Of a DNA stretch of 40,000 bases, positions 21,201 to 31,203 are shown piece after piece. Location: NCBI GenBank assembly GCA_964644075.1, contig CAZXUQ010000003.1:38166-78165 (forward strand), in the 5' to 3' direction. The stretch is from an uncultured Candidatus Peribacteria bacterium (GTDB lineage: Bacteria; Patescibacteriota; Gracilibacteria; BD1-5; UBA2023). Numbering within the stretch: the stretch's first letter is position 1; each line of letters starts with the position of its first letter. A program made the translations under genes and the position numbers. Below the pieces are notes generated by a model. It was not told the DNA's origin, did not search any database, and saw only the letters and a list, made by a program, of their open reading frames with translations.

Positions 21201-22863
21201 TAGTTGACCGACATTTGGTACTGCTAGTGTGTCTCCGTCAGGAAGTTTTACTTATACACCGAACCCTAACTTCAACTGAACGCTTGATGGTTTTGGGTTT
21301 CGAGTGAGTGATAATCAATGAGGAACTACATGAGGTTATATTAGTATAGACGTGACATCTGTTCCTGATGCTCCAGTAGCAGTAGCAGATAGTTTTACTC
21401 TCCCACAGGATACGATGACTTCCCTCCCCGTTATGGGAAATGATTCAGATGTAGATAGTAGTACGCTCACTCTGACATGATATACACAACCGACTCATGG
21501 TACTCTCGTCGTGAATGGCACATCCTTTGATTATACGCCAAACAGTGGATATGTAGGTTCTGACAGTTTCACATACCGTCTTGAAGATGATACGAGTCTC
21601 CTCTCATCACCAGTAACGGTCACTCTCACAGTCACTTCGACGAACTCTGCTCCGACGACTTCTGATATGAGCGTGTCTGTCAATGAAGACGGCGTGCTGA
21701 ATTCCACTCTTTCTGGAAGTGATCCAGATATGGATACTCTCACATACTCCATCAATACATTCCCAACACACGGGACACTTACACCTTCTTCTACTGGAGC
21801 ATTTCGCTATACACCAAACGCGAACTACTACGGAACGGATAGTTTTACATACCATGCGAGTGATGCTGCCCTGAGTTCTACCATCTCTACAGTCGCTATC
21901 ACGATCAATCCTGTAAACGATGCCCCAGTAGGAACTCCAGCAAGCTATAGTGTCACTCCGAATACGAACTCGAGTAGTGGAAATATTTTTACTGGGGTAG
22001 TTGTAGGGACTGATATCGATAGTGGTATCCTGACATTTACTGCGAGTATGATGCCAACACATGGTACACTGACTCTCGCCTCAAGTTGAGCCTTTACATA
22101 TACTCCAGCGCTCTGATATATAGGCTCTGATAGTTTCGCATTTATCGTCAGTGATGGCTCTCTCCAGAGTAGCGCTACGATAGTATCTTTTACTATCTGA
22201 TCAGCTCCAGTAGCCTCTCCTGGTCCATCTACTGGTCCTGGCGGAGGTGGTGGTGGCTGAGGCTGAGGCTGAGTATCTCTCCCCAATCCTGTAGTCACTC
22301 CGACGACAACTACAGGTACAGTGCAGCTCCCAGTGATACCAAAAAAACCAGATACAAAAACAGGTGCAACTACCAACACAGAAGATCCAGAGTTTAACTC
22401 TGCTCCAGAAATTCAAGCGCCACAGTTTGTCCTCTATGATCCTACGGGACTCCTTTCTCAGCTTATGCTGACAAATAGAGTACTTACTGCGAGCGGACTT
22501 TCCCCTATCTTCATCTCTCCTATAATCCAGATTACCCTCGCGCAAAAGGTATTTGGCGAAATACCAACTCTGATGTTAGATGACTTCGATGGTCCAGCGA
22601 TCCTCCGCAGTATGCTTCAGATGTTTGTCATGGAAGCAGATAACCAATGAGATGTGCTTGAGACATATTCGAATGCTATCGATTATGTAGGATGATTTGA
22701 TTTTAGTGACAGTAAGCGCATGAAAAATACCCAAAACTATATTTTGCGTATCCTCGAAAGAAATAGAAAACACTACGAACAGATCGTACAAAGAGATATT
22801 TTTTCTCGATTTGAAGGCGAACTCAATAGTGCCTCAGAAGAAATCCAAACAACGGATTTCTAG
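18223..22863 (+). CDS. Giant secreted/surface protein (1546 aa): signal/anchor, parallel beta-helix repeats, CBM4_9-like module, six cadherin-like (VCBS/tandem-95-type) repeats, poly-Gly/Thr linker and a C-terminal domain
   Basis: Frame 1 is open from ATG 18223 to TAG 22861-22863, checked line by line, and is interrupted only by 40 TGA codons. It joins track ORFs 19057, 21511 and 22321. The N-terminus is MSYKNIYFRLTAALALLTFVSNTL. N-rich beta-helix-like repeats occupy about 18300-19400. An NGNF...GGW...Y.I.GYVK...IDEVSV module occupies about 19560-20010. Confidence 0.85.
20479..22200 (+). repeat. Six tandem protein-level repeats of about 90-100 aa inside the giant CDS
   Basis: The recurring pattern is (N)DAP/NNPP...ED...GSD.D.D.LT.S....P.HGT......G.F.YTPN..Y.G.DSF.Y...D. 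The repeats are diverged at DNA level. Confidence 0.7.
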
Positions 22864-23582
22864 ATCCTGATATTATCCTTTGAAAAGTGTGTCTTGTAGT
22901 AGGCACACTTTTTTTGGAGCGGACATGTGTCACATTTAGGTGCCCGTGCGGTACAGTGATATCTGCCAAAAAGAACCGTAGGATGGTGGAGTATTTGCTT
23001 CTCCTCCAGAGTAAAAATCCGATCTATTTCTTTATCTGTTTGTTCAGGAGTATTTGTCTTTACGACTCCGATGCGGTTCATCACACGGTGGATATGTGTA
23101 TCGACTCCGACGTAGGGCATATCGTAGAGGACAGAAAGTACGACTTTTGCTGTTTTGACTCCGATACCAGGAAATGTTTGTATGAGTTTGAGATCGTTCG
23201 GGAGTACTCCACTATAGTTTTTCGCGAGGAGAGTTCCCGTCTCTTTGATAAACCGAGATTTATTACGAAAAAAATTCACATATTTGAGGTCAGTTTCTAT
23301 TTCCTCGAGAGACATATCCACGACATCACTACTCTCACGAACTTTCGCAAAAAACGGCGGAGTAATTTTATTGACCTGCTTGTCTGTCGTCTGCGCTGAG
23401 AGGATAACTGCACAGAGGAGCTGGAATGATGTCTCATAGTCGAGTTCTATCTTTTTTCCACCGTACATACGATAGAGCGTATCTACGAGGTAGGACCATT
23501 TGGTGGATTTCTTATTTTTCGATAGTGTTTCCATATATGATTTTGAGGTTGGTCTTGCACACTTCGACTTCTTTGCAGGCAA
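22860..23582 (-). CDS. nth: Endonuclease III (HhH-GPD DNA glycosylase with an FeS cluster loop)
   Basis: Intact track ORF with LLCAVILSAQTTD, the HhH motif LIQTFPGIGVKTAKVV, VDTHIHRV and the cluster loop C-x6-C-x2-C-x5-C (CTARAPKCDTCPLQKKC). The true start may be the internal ATG at 23534. Confidence 0.9.
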   Translation of the reverse strand: MPAKKSKCARPTSKSYMETLSKNKKSTKWSYLVDTLYRMYGGKKIELDYETSFQLLCAVILSAQTTDKQVNKITPPFFAKVRESSDVVDMSLEEIETDLKYVNFFRNKSRFIKETGTLLAKNYSGVLPNDLKLIQTFPGIGVKTAKVVLSVLYDMPYVGVDTHIHRVMNRIGVVKTNTPEQTDKEIDRIFTLEEKQILHHPTVLFGRYHCTARAPKCDTCPLQKKCAYYKTHFSKDNIRI

Positions 23583-24588
23583 ATATTTTTCCTGCTATTC
23601 GAGCATCGATATAGATATATTTTCCTGCGGTGAGTTCACTCAGATGGTTGTCTATAAATGTTTTTAGCGAAAGGAGTTCTTTTCGGAGTGTTTTGTAGGT
23701 TCATTCTTTTTCTTCTGCGAGAGAAAAATCCTCGAAACTCAGCAAGATACGTGTTTTATTTGAGAGCTTGATATGGAACTCGTTCTCTTTTTCGAAGTAG
23801 TCAGTCTCTGCTATCTGGAGACCTCACCAAGTCTGTTCTATGAACGTGAGAGATTTTTCTATCATACGTATTCGTCACTCGCTGATGAGTGGCTTGTAGT
23901 CGAGGAGTGTATCCTCTGTGATGTCATCTGAGTGGATGAAAAGTTTATACTTTCACACACTTTGGATATTTGCGTTTTCTGGTATGAGGACACCGTTTTC
24001 TGTGGTTCACCAGGTTTTATTTTCTATCGAGGCTATACGAGTAGTGTAGAGGATAGGGTAACTCGAGAGGATGATTTTGATACCATTCGGATAGAGTCGG
24101 TCGATCGATATCTCTTTGATATTTTTTTGGTCATTTTTTAGAGATCGCGCGATGCTCTCTTCATCGATAAAAAATACACTTTTTCCATAGATATCCTCTA
24201 TGGTTCTATATGCGATACTCAGATCGATGCCATCGTTTGTCGACTCGATGATCACTTTGGATGGACTGATGTGGAAGTATGGTGAGTAAAAAATGATATA
24301 GAGACACGCTAAGATCAGAAATCATCCTATATATCCGAGATAGAGATTTTGCCGAGAGTGAAAGTTACTAAAAATATGAATCTTTTCCTGGATAAATCGG
24401 GAAAATGGTGAGAGGCGTTTTGAGGTGGATCACGATTTTTTGAATATTTTTGTCCAGGATCCGCGCTTTTCTCGGATCTTCCCTTCACTAAAAAGATATT
24501 TCCGTGCTCGATCTCGTTCGATCGATGTACGGAAATCTCTACTTTTATATCGTTTTATGGAATTACGAATTTTCGCGAGAAAGCCCAT
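23512..24588 (-). CDS. ftsQ: FtsQ/DivIB-like cell division protein (basic N-terminus, one TM helix, POTRA-like domain)
   Basis: The track ORF 24007-24255 extends both ways through 7 TGA codons; the frame was checked line by line. It runs from ATG 24588-24586 to TAA 23512-23514. The TM helix is LYLGYIGGFLILACLYIIFY. It is followed by VIIESTNDGIDLSIAYRTIEDIYGKSVFFIDEESIARSL...ISIDRLYPNGIKI. Confidence 0.55.
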
Positions 24589-24925
24589 ACTGTTGGTCGA
24601 GAGAGTGTATAAGTGAGAGGATATCGTTGGTATTTTTTTGTTTCTGAGCGATTTTATATCGTATATTTGGTGTTTTTCGCAGAGAAAAATCTTTTGTGAG
24701 TCTTCTTTTTGTTGTTGGTGCTGTCGGCGCTACAAAGTGAGGAAGGTCTTTTTCATTTTTCTGTGATGATATGTAGACATCAGCATATTCGTAGTCAGGA
24801 CTCACGTCGACCTCGATCACACTGACGACTCCAAAATCATGCTCCTCGAGTTCGCAGAGTTTTTGGATATCTTCGCTTGCGTATGCACGGATACTTTCGG
24901 CAAGTCTTTTTTGTCGTATATTCAT
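24563..24925 (-). CDS. rbfA: Ribosome-binding factor A
   Basis: Intact track ORF with RLAESIRAYASEDI, GVVSVIEVDVSPDYEYADVYIS and LRKTPNIRYK. Confidence 0.85.
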   Translation of the reverse strand: MNIRQKRLAESIRAYASEDIQKLCELEEHDFGVVSVIEVDVSPDYEYADVYISSQKNEKDLPHFVAPTAPTTKRRLTKDFSLRKTPNIRYKIAQKQKNTNDILSLIHSLDQQYGLSRENS

Positions 24926-24961
24926 GGGGACAAGTATATAAAAAACAGAGGGAAAGAGAAA

Positions 24962-25933
24962 TTATTCTATGATTTTTCGCAGGTCATCTTTGAGTTCTCA
25001 GGTAAATCGATAATCTTTGCCAAAAAGATTGAATGAAAGTCTATATGCATGGAGCCACTGACGTGTGAGAGAAAAATTTTCGAGAGCTTCTTTGTTTGCT
25101 TTTTCATTGCCATAGACTTTATCCCCGGTTATCGGATAGCCGATCGAGGCGAGATGGACTCGGATCTGGTGGGTACGACCTGTGAGGAGATCGACTTCGA
25201 GAAGCGTATACTTATCGTGATAAAATCATTTAACGCGAAACTTTGTTTTAGCGATTTTTGGATTGATTGGGTCGATCGTCGTCATTTTTTTCCGATCGTA
25301 GTGATCTCTTCAGATAAAAGACTCGATATATCACTCTGGAGTTCATACCTTTCATACCACCAGTGCGAGATAGGTTTTCTCGATCGTTCGTTTTGCGATC
25401 TTGAGCTGGAGAGCATGCATGGATTTATCATTTTTGGCGATGATGATGAGTCCACTTGTGTCCTTGTCGAGACGATGGACGATACCTGGGCGCTCAACTC
25501 AGTTGATGATAGATGAATTTTTAGGCTCATCACTTCTCACCCCCAGATTCTTAAAATGATAGAGAAGCGCATTGACGAGACTTCCCTTCCTTCCCTCCTC
25601 TCCTGGAGTAGGATGCGTGTTCATCCCGGCATCTTTATTTATGATCGCGAAATCATCATTTTCGAATACGATATCGATCGGGAGATTCTCAGCGATGAGT
25701 TCCATATTTTCGATCTTCCATTCTATACGGATCTCATCCCCTCGATAGATTTTTTTATTTTTAGTGAAATTGGCACCATTACAAAATATTTTCCCTTCAT
25801 CAATCATTTTTTGGAGATAGCTTCGGGATTTTTCGGGAAAAAGAGCCGACAGGTAAGTGTCGGCTCTTCGGGTTTCTCGTGGGTCCGCGAGGACACAAAA
25901 GGATGAAATCTGGTAATTATTGGAGCTTCGCAT
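24962..25933 (-). CDS. rluD: RluA-family 23S rRNA pseudouridine synthase with an N-terminal S4 domain (RluD-like)
   Basis: The track ORF 25499-25933 continues through 7 TGA codons to TAA at 24962-24964. Motifs seen: [42 protein letters not shown]. Confidence 0.88.
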
Positions 25934-26373
25934 TATTGTATAACTTTTCTCTCGTAGTCACAGATCTCAGTCGCATCGAAAAATCGTGCGATTTCAGCCT
26001 GAGCGTTCTCTACAGAGTCAGAAGCGTGGATGAGGTTGTAGCGGATAGTCGTCGCGTAGTCAGCACGGACTGTACCCATGGCTGCCTGAGCTGGATCAGT
26101 TGCACCACAGAGCTGGCGCATACCATTCACAGCGTTGTCACCCTCGACGATCATAAACACGACAGGACCCATGGTCATATAGGCAACGATCTCTGGGTAA
26201 AACGGCTTACTCGTGAGGTGCCCGTAGTGTTCATCGAGTTTTGCTTGGCTAATTTTTGCCATCTTCATAGCGACGATCTTGAACCCACGGTTCTCGATAC
26301 GAGCTGTGACAGCACCGATGAGTCCTCGGTGTATGGTATCAGGTTTTAGGATGATGAGTGAACGCTCTGCCAT
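25933..26373 (-). CDS. ndk: Nucleoside diphosphate kinase
   Basis: Intact track ORF with ERSLIILKPD, GPVVFMIVEG and NLIHASDS. Its TAA shares one base with the rluD ATG. Confidence 0.95.
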   Translation of the reverse strand: MAERSLIILKPDTIHRGLIGAVTARIENRGFKIVAMKMAKISQAKLDEHYGHLTSKPFYPEIVAYMTMGPVVFMIVEGDNAVNGMRQLCGATDPAQAAMGTVRADYATTIRYNLIHASDSVENAQAEIARFFDATEICDYERKVIQ

Positions 26374-26449
26374 AAGAAAAAATATAAAATAATAAAGTTC
26401 GTGAACAAATTATAAAGAAAAACGAGAAAAAGCAAGAAAGAATATACTT

Positions 26450-27198
26450 TTACTTTTTATTAAAAACAACATCTAAGTCTCGTCATTGTACGAGAAGTTT
26501 GTCTATAAGAGGTAATTTATATATATCGGTAGGAACTACCCATTCTGCGATAACCTTGATGTGTGATCAAAATCGAGCTCTTATATACTCTACTGTTCTT
26601 ACGATTTTTTCATAGTCCAAGCTTTCACTCAATACCTCTCTTATTCATCTTCCATCGAGCTTTATAGCAAAAGGCTGTATTCAGTTTTTATCTAGTGCAT
26701 CAAGGTTCTTTTGGCTTTTGTTACCAGGAGTTTCATAGAGAGGGAGATCGTCTATGACAATCCTATCGTAACCCATTCGAACCATCTCAGCTATTGTTGC
26801 TATTGATTGTCCTGAGAGTTGTGCGTCCTCGATAACTTCGTAAGCGATACTTTTATCGATGTCTTTTTCTTGCAAAAACTGTACTAACTCTTTTGAAAAG
26901 TCTTGAGCTCTCAGGTTGATAAGTGATATTCATGGCGCTCAGTCATCTCCAATGAGATTATGGGCATGGGATACTACGCTTTTAGCAAGTTTGAGGGAGC
27001 GAGCCCTAGCTCTATTTTATTTAGATATCTTTCAGGACTTCAACCATTTACTCTCAGGAGAAATTCTCATCAAACAAGACGTAGCTCTTTCGATTCATTT
27101 ACGGTTCGTATCTCATAAATCCCCTCTCTTGCGTATGTTAAGGTATTTTTGGCTACAGGGGTATCAGCGCTTTCTCTGATATGGTTTTCTATTTCCAT
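26450..27198 (-). pseudogene. EAL-domain (c-di-GMP phosphodiesterase-like) gene split by a -1 frameshift
   Basis: Part 1 (27198-26974) reads MEIENH...ELRLVGGEFLLRVNGGSPERYLNKIELGLAPSNLLKA*. Part 2 is in the -1 frame, open from 27016 to TAA 26450-26452. It reads ...SLINLRAQDF...IAYEVIEDAQ...MVRMGYDRIVIDD...IKLDG...IKVIAEWV. Together the two parts cover an EAL-like domain in the canonical motif order (EFL for EAL, EVIE for EITE). Part 2 has no ATG. Confidence 0.5.
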
Positions 27199-27238
27199 TG
27201 ATAGTAATTATAAAGTATTTTCTATTATACAAACCAAT

Positions 27239-27260
27239 TCTTAAATATTTCTTAAATATT
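27239..27260. promoter_or_regulatory. Perfect 11-bp tandem direct repeat TCTTAAATATT x2 in the divergent intergenic region
   Basis: Positions 27239-27249 and 27250-27260 are identical. The repeat period is about one helical turn. Confidence 0.45.
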
Positions 27261-27270
27261 CGAGGGAAAA

Positions 27271-27288
27271 TGTTACAAAAATGTAACA
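27271..27288. promoter_or_regulatory. Perfect inverted repeat TGTTACA-aaaa-TGTAACA (operator-like)
   Basis: The half-sites are 27271-27277 and 27282-27288. The repeat lies 42 nt upstream of the ATG at 27330. Confidence 0.45.
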
Positions 27289-27329
27289 AGGCAAAATTAT
27301 CGTAGTAGAGTAACACTAACTTTCCTCCT

Positions 27330-28184
27330 ATGATATCCCCTCGTCCTGCTCTTACCATAGAACCTGTAAGCCCAAGAGATCTCAGAGAAAAAGATTTTTT
27401 TGAAATCAATGAAGTCAGTCGTGAGATGTGGTCAGATCCAAAAAGTCTCTGAGAACTGGTGGAGTGCAATAGCTGTCAAAAAATGTTCTCAAAAGCTGAT
27501 ATTTTCGGGCATGTGATATGAACACTCGCTACTGAGACTGTCTGAAAAATCATGCGAACTCTCTGAGTAGAGGAAAAAGATATACTCTGTCCATGTTGTT
27601 GATCTGCTACAACTATGATTTACTGACAGGCTCATGTCGAAAAAATCAAGAGAAGACTTCTTAAGAGTGTCGATGCATTTCTCGTCCTCTGTAAAAATAC
27701 AGATGGTGAAATTGTCGGATATGAGGAGTGATATGTCGACTCACTCGATGCTATATTTGATGGAGAATTTCACTATCACTATAGAGAAATAGGGGTCAAA
27801 GAAATACAGAGAAGAGTGATGAAAGTCCTCGGGTATAACCCGAAAGAACTTCTCGTCCTTTCATCGATAGGGTTTATGCCACGTTACCAGAGTGCGAGCT
27901 CACTTTTTCGTTTGCTTTCTACATTTGCACGTGCTCTCCCAGTGGCTCGTATGGACGATCTGCCAGGAATTACTGAGATCGATAAAAAAAGTAGTATGCA
28001 TAAGATTTCCGCGAAGTGTGGTGCTATCTCCCTAGGTATAGCAGATGATCCTTTCCTCAGCAAAAAAATCACAAACACCGGAGCACACTACGAGAGTGAT
28101 CTCATCGTCTATCGTGACCCTATACGACAGTATAAAACACAGTTTGATGCCGGTGGGAGGGAATTTCTACGGAAGGCTGCATAG
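27330..28184 (+). CDS. Hypothetical protein (284 aa) with a CxxC...CxCC zinc-ribbon insert and a GNAT-like C-terminal half
   Basis: ATG 27330 joins track ORF 27816-28184 through 7 TGA codons; the frame was checked line by line. The cysteine pairs are CNSC...CPCCG. LVLSSIGFMPRYQSASSLFRLLSTFARAL resembles GNAT motif A. Confidence 0.55.
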
Positions 28185-28243
28185 TGATTTACTTTGTACA
28201 AGTAGGAGATTTCTGTATACTCTTTGTATCTTTTATCTGATAT

Positions 28244-30295
28244 ATGGAATACTACAGTAGTCTCTACTTCCTTACTATTTGTTCCACTATTGCTCTCGGG
28301 GGTATTATTTTTTGGAAACAAAAAAACATATCTTGATACTACTTTCTTCTTTTTAGTATTTTTCTTTCATTGTGGTTTTTTGGATATTTTTTATTTTTTA
28401 GTAGGTTATTTACGGACACAATATTGCTTTTCATTTCTCGGATTACTTTTTTATTTGGGGTAGTAGGTTCTTATAGTCTCCTTTTCTTTGTGGTATTTTT
28501 TTGACTCAAAAAACCCGTCTATAGGCACTACTCACTCCCATTACTTTTTTATACAGTCCTCGCAGTGCTCTATGTAGGGACACCTTGGATCGTGAAATCT
28601 CTCGACTTCGATCCGACTCTGGGCGTCTATCGTGAACATACAGGAGTACTGTTTCCTTTACATGTACTTCTCTATTTTTTCTTTCTCATTGCATTTTGAG
28701 TTTTTGCATATAAATGAGTTCGTAAACTCCGTGGACTTTCTCGAGTTCGTCTCGAGCACATTCTTCTGGCGACTATTATTTTTGTCGTACTCCTACTGGT
28801 GCTACAGCTTGTTTTACCGCTCTTATTCAATATTTGGATACTCGAGAATGAGATCATATTCTTCTTTTTTATCTATATCACTTATATTGCTTTTGTTTTG
28901 AGGCGGTACTTTTTTCACCCCATCGGATATGGTATACGGAGATTTATCACTTTTCTCACAGCACTTATCTGATCTATTGTTCTCTACGATTTGACCAAAT
29001 TTTTTCTCGGAAAAACGCTTATTACTGAGTATAGTTACCTTGATGCGAGTTTTATTATTATCTTTTTTCTCATTACTTTTTGGTGACTTTCCAGGCTTTT
29101 TTTCCGTCGTGATATCGACGAAGATTTTCGTGAGTCGATTTTTCGTATCCAAAATACTCTCATATCTCGTAACAGCTTTCCTGAATTTGAAAAAACACTC
29201 AAAACAGCTTTTCATAAAGAGTTTAATATTCATCACGTAAGCATTGTCCGGTTTCTCTCTGAAAATAATGAATGAGCACATTTCCAAGAGTATTTTAATA
29301 ATAAAAAGAATCCTCCGTTTTATCTCAATGACATTGTTTTCCGTGAAGAAAAGAGGAAAAAAGTCTCTCTTGATGCCCTCTCAAAAGACGTCACTCTCAT
29401 CATCCCGATATCTGATACTACAGGTTGTTTTGCTCTCCTCGAGCTCTGAGGCAAATCTCTCTGAGATTTTTATACCAAAAAAGAAATCAGAATACTGACG
29501 AGTTTTTCCTATTTTCTCGCGGCTCATATACGTTATATCGATGCATATAGTGAACTGACTGATATATCTCGGGAGCTCGATAGGCGTGTCGATGAGAAAA
29601 CGATAGAGTACAATAATCTCATCAGCAAACAAAAAGAACTCATCAATATCATATCTCATGAGGTAAGGTCACCTCTCGGGAGCGCGATTTTTCAGGCGGA
29701 TAGTGTCATGGATGATCTCTCTCATACCAAAAAAGATGAAGCCATCAGAAAAGAGCTCAAACTCCTCGTGGACCAACTCCTTGTCACTTCGGATATCATC
29801 AATAAGATATTTTCTATCCAATATCTCGATACTGCAAGTATATCGCTTTTTCGTACTGATGTCGATCTCTCAGGTTGGCTCTGAGAGCTCATCGCTATCC
29901 AGTCTCGTATGCATGAAGAAGTTGATTTTTCCGCTGAGCTCGATCCTGTAGGATATATTTCTCTCGATAAAGTGCAGTTCTCACAGGTATTCTCCAATAT
30001 TTTGGCAAATGCTCTGAAATTTGCTCATAAAGAACATCCAAAAATTATCGTGATCCTGAGGAAAACACACGAGGGTATTTCTCTGCATTTTCATGACAAT
30101 GGTGATGGTTTCGCTGAGGATGAAGTGGATAAAATCTTCGATAAGTTTTACCGTGGGACATCGAGTCCTGTGGGTCTCGGTATGGGGCTCTACCTCTGTA
30201 AAAAAATCGTAGAAATGCATGGTGGTTCTATATCTGCTCATTCCTCTGGGCTCCTTTCTGGAGGGCATATAGAGATTACTCTCCCGACGACATAG
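28244..30295 (+). CDS. Sensor histidine kinase (about 683 aa): multi-pass N-terminal membrane domain, cytoplasmic linker (possibly GAF-like), HisKA, HATPase_c
   Basis: Frame 2 is open from 28135 to TAG 30293-30295 and is interrupted only by TGA codons, 10 of them after ATG 28244. The frame was checked line by line. The motifs are H-box ISHEVRSPL, N-box NILANALKF, G1 DNGDGF and G2 GLGMGLYL. An alternative GTG start at 28184 overlaps the upstream stop (TAGTG). Track ORFs 28224, 28632 and 29040 are off-frame. Confidence 0.85.
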
Positions 30296-30348
30296 TGAAG
30301 ATATTCTTTTTTATGAGGACAAAATAATCCCTCTTCACTTTACGGACT

Positions 30349-31050
30349 ATGAATATTCTCATTATCGAAGATGATGTATTTCTCGCGAAGCATATCGCTC
30401 GAGTATTCGAAAAAAAAGATGCCACACAGAAAGTAACCCTCCTGGATCGACCAGAAAACTTCTTGCGCGAATTTGCGAAAATCCGTACCTACGATATCGT
30501 TGTGACAGATTTGTGTTTTCCTGGACTCTCTCGTTTTTCGGGATTTGATGTGATAGAGATGATCCGCTCAGAGAAATACGATATTCCGATTATCGTTATT
30601 AGCGGACTTTCCGATATCAGTGATCTTGAGCGAGCATTTCTCTTCGGAGCCAATGATTATATTATCAAACCATTTCGCCTCCTCGAGCTCGATGTGCGTG
30701 CGACGAACTGGTACAAGCAATACTACCTCAAACACTGTGAGACACTGGGTGATATTTCTATCTATCATAGTCTCGAGTATCATATCAAGATCCATGAATT
30801 TTACTACAACTCACTCCATATCCCTCTTCCCAAAAAGTGAAAACATCTCCTTTTGTTATTTTTCACTCAGAGTGAGACGCTCCTCCATGAGTCTACTCTA
30901 GAAGAAAAACTCTATGGTGATCATGAGAGAATAGAGACCAGAAACATACGAGTAAATATTGCTCGCCTGAGAAAAATACTTTCTCGCTATGGTATAGATC
31001 ACTGGATCAGAAATGTGGCAGGGGAAGGATATATTTTCTCAGCAAAATAA
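30349..31050 (+). CDS. OmpR/PhoB-family response regulator (receiver plus winged-helix)
   Basis: Track ORFs 30349 and 30853 are in one frame, joined by one TGA. Receiver residues: IIEDD, VVTDLCFPG, IISGLSD, YIIKPF. The C-terminus is NIRVNIARLRKIL...VAGEGYIF. Confidence 0.88.
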
Positions 31051-31055
31051 TCTAC

Positions 31056-31203
31056 GGAAATGCGGAAAAACTGCGAATTTCTTTGTCAGAAAAAATTATT
31101 TCTCAGTCACTTACGTATTAGTAAACTCCTTTCGAAAAATTTTTTCTTCCTCGATCTTCTTGTTTTTGCACATTTCCAGTGTTCCCCTATTTTTTCTTAA
31201 ATG
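31056..31203 (+). repeat. Copy 2 of the roughly 140-nt conserved intergenic element (copy 1 at 13170-13310)
   Basis: See copy 1. This copy sits between the convergent response-regulator genes. Its 3' end overlaps the stop codon of the minus-strand regulator (31197-31199). Confidence 0.7.

Noticed and set aside
20479-22200. Possible CRISPR array or DNA tandem repeat
   Set aside because: The periodicity is at protein level, as cadherin-like domains of about 95 aa. The DNA copies are diverged, there is no short direct repeat/spacer structure, and one continuous ORF spans the region.
28224-29287. Track ORFs 28224-28463, 28632-28901, 29040-29240 (+) and 28823-29287 (-)
   Set aside because: They are off-frame or antisense relative to the continuous frame-2 histidine kinase ORF. 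That ORF carries all the kinase motifs and is broken only by TGA.
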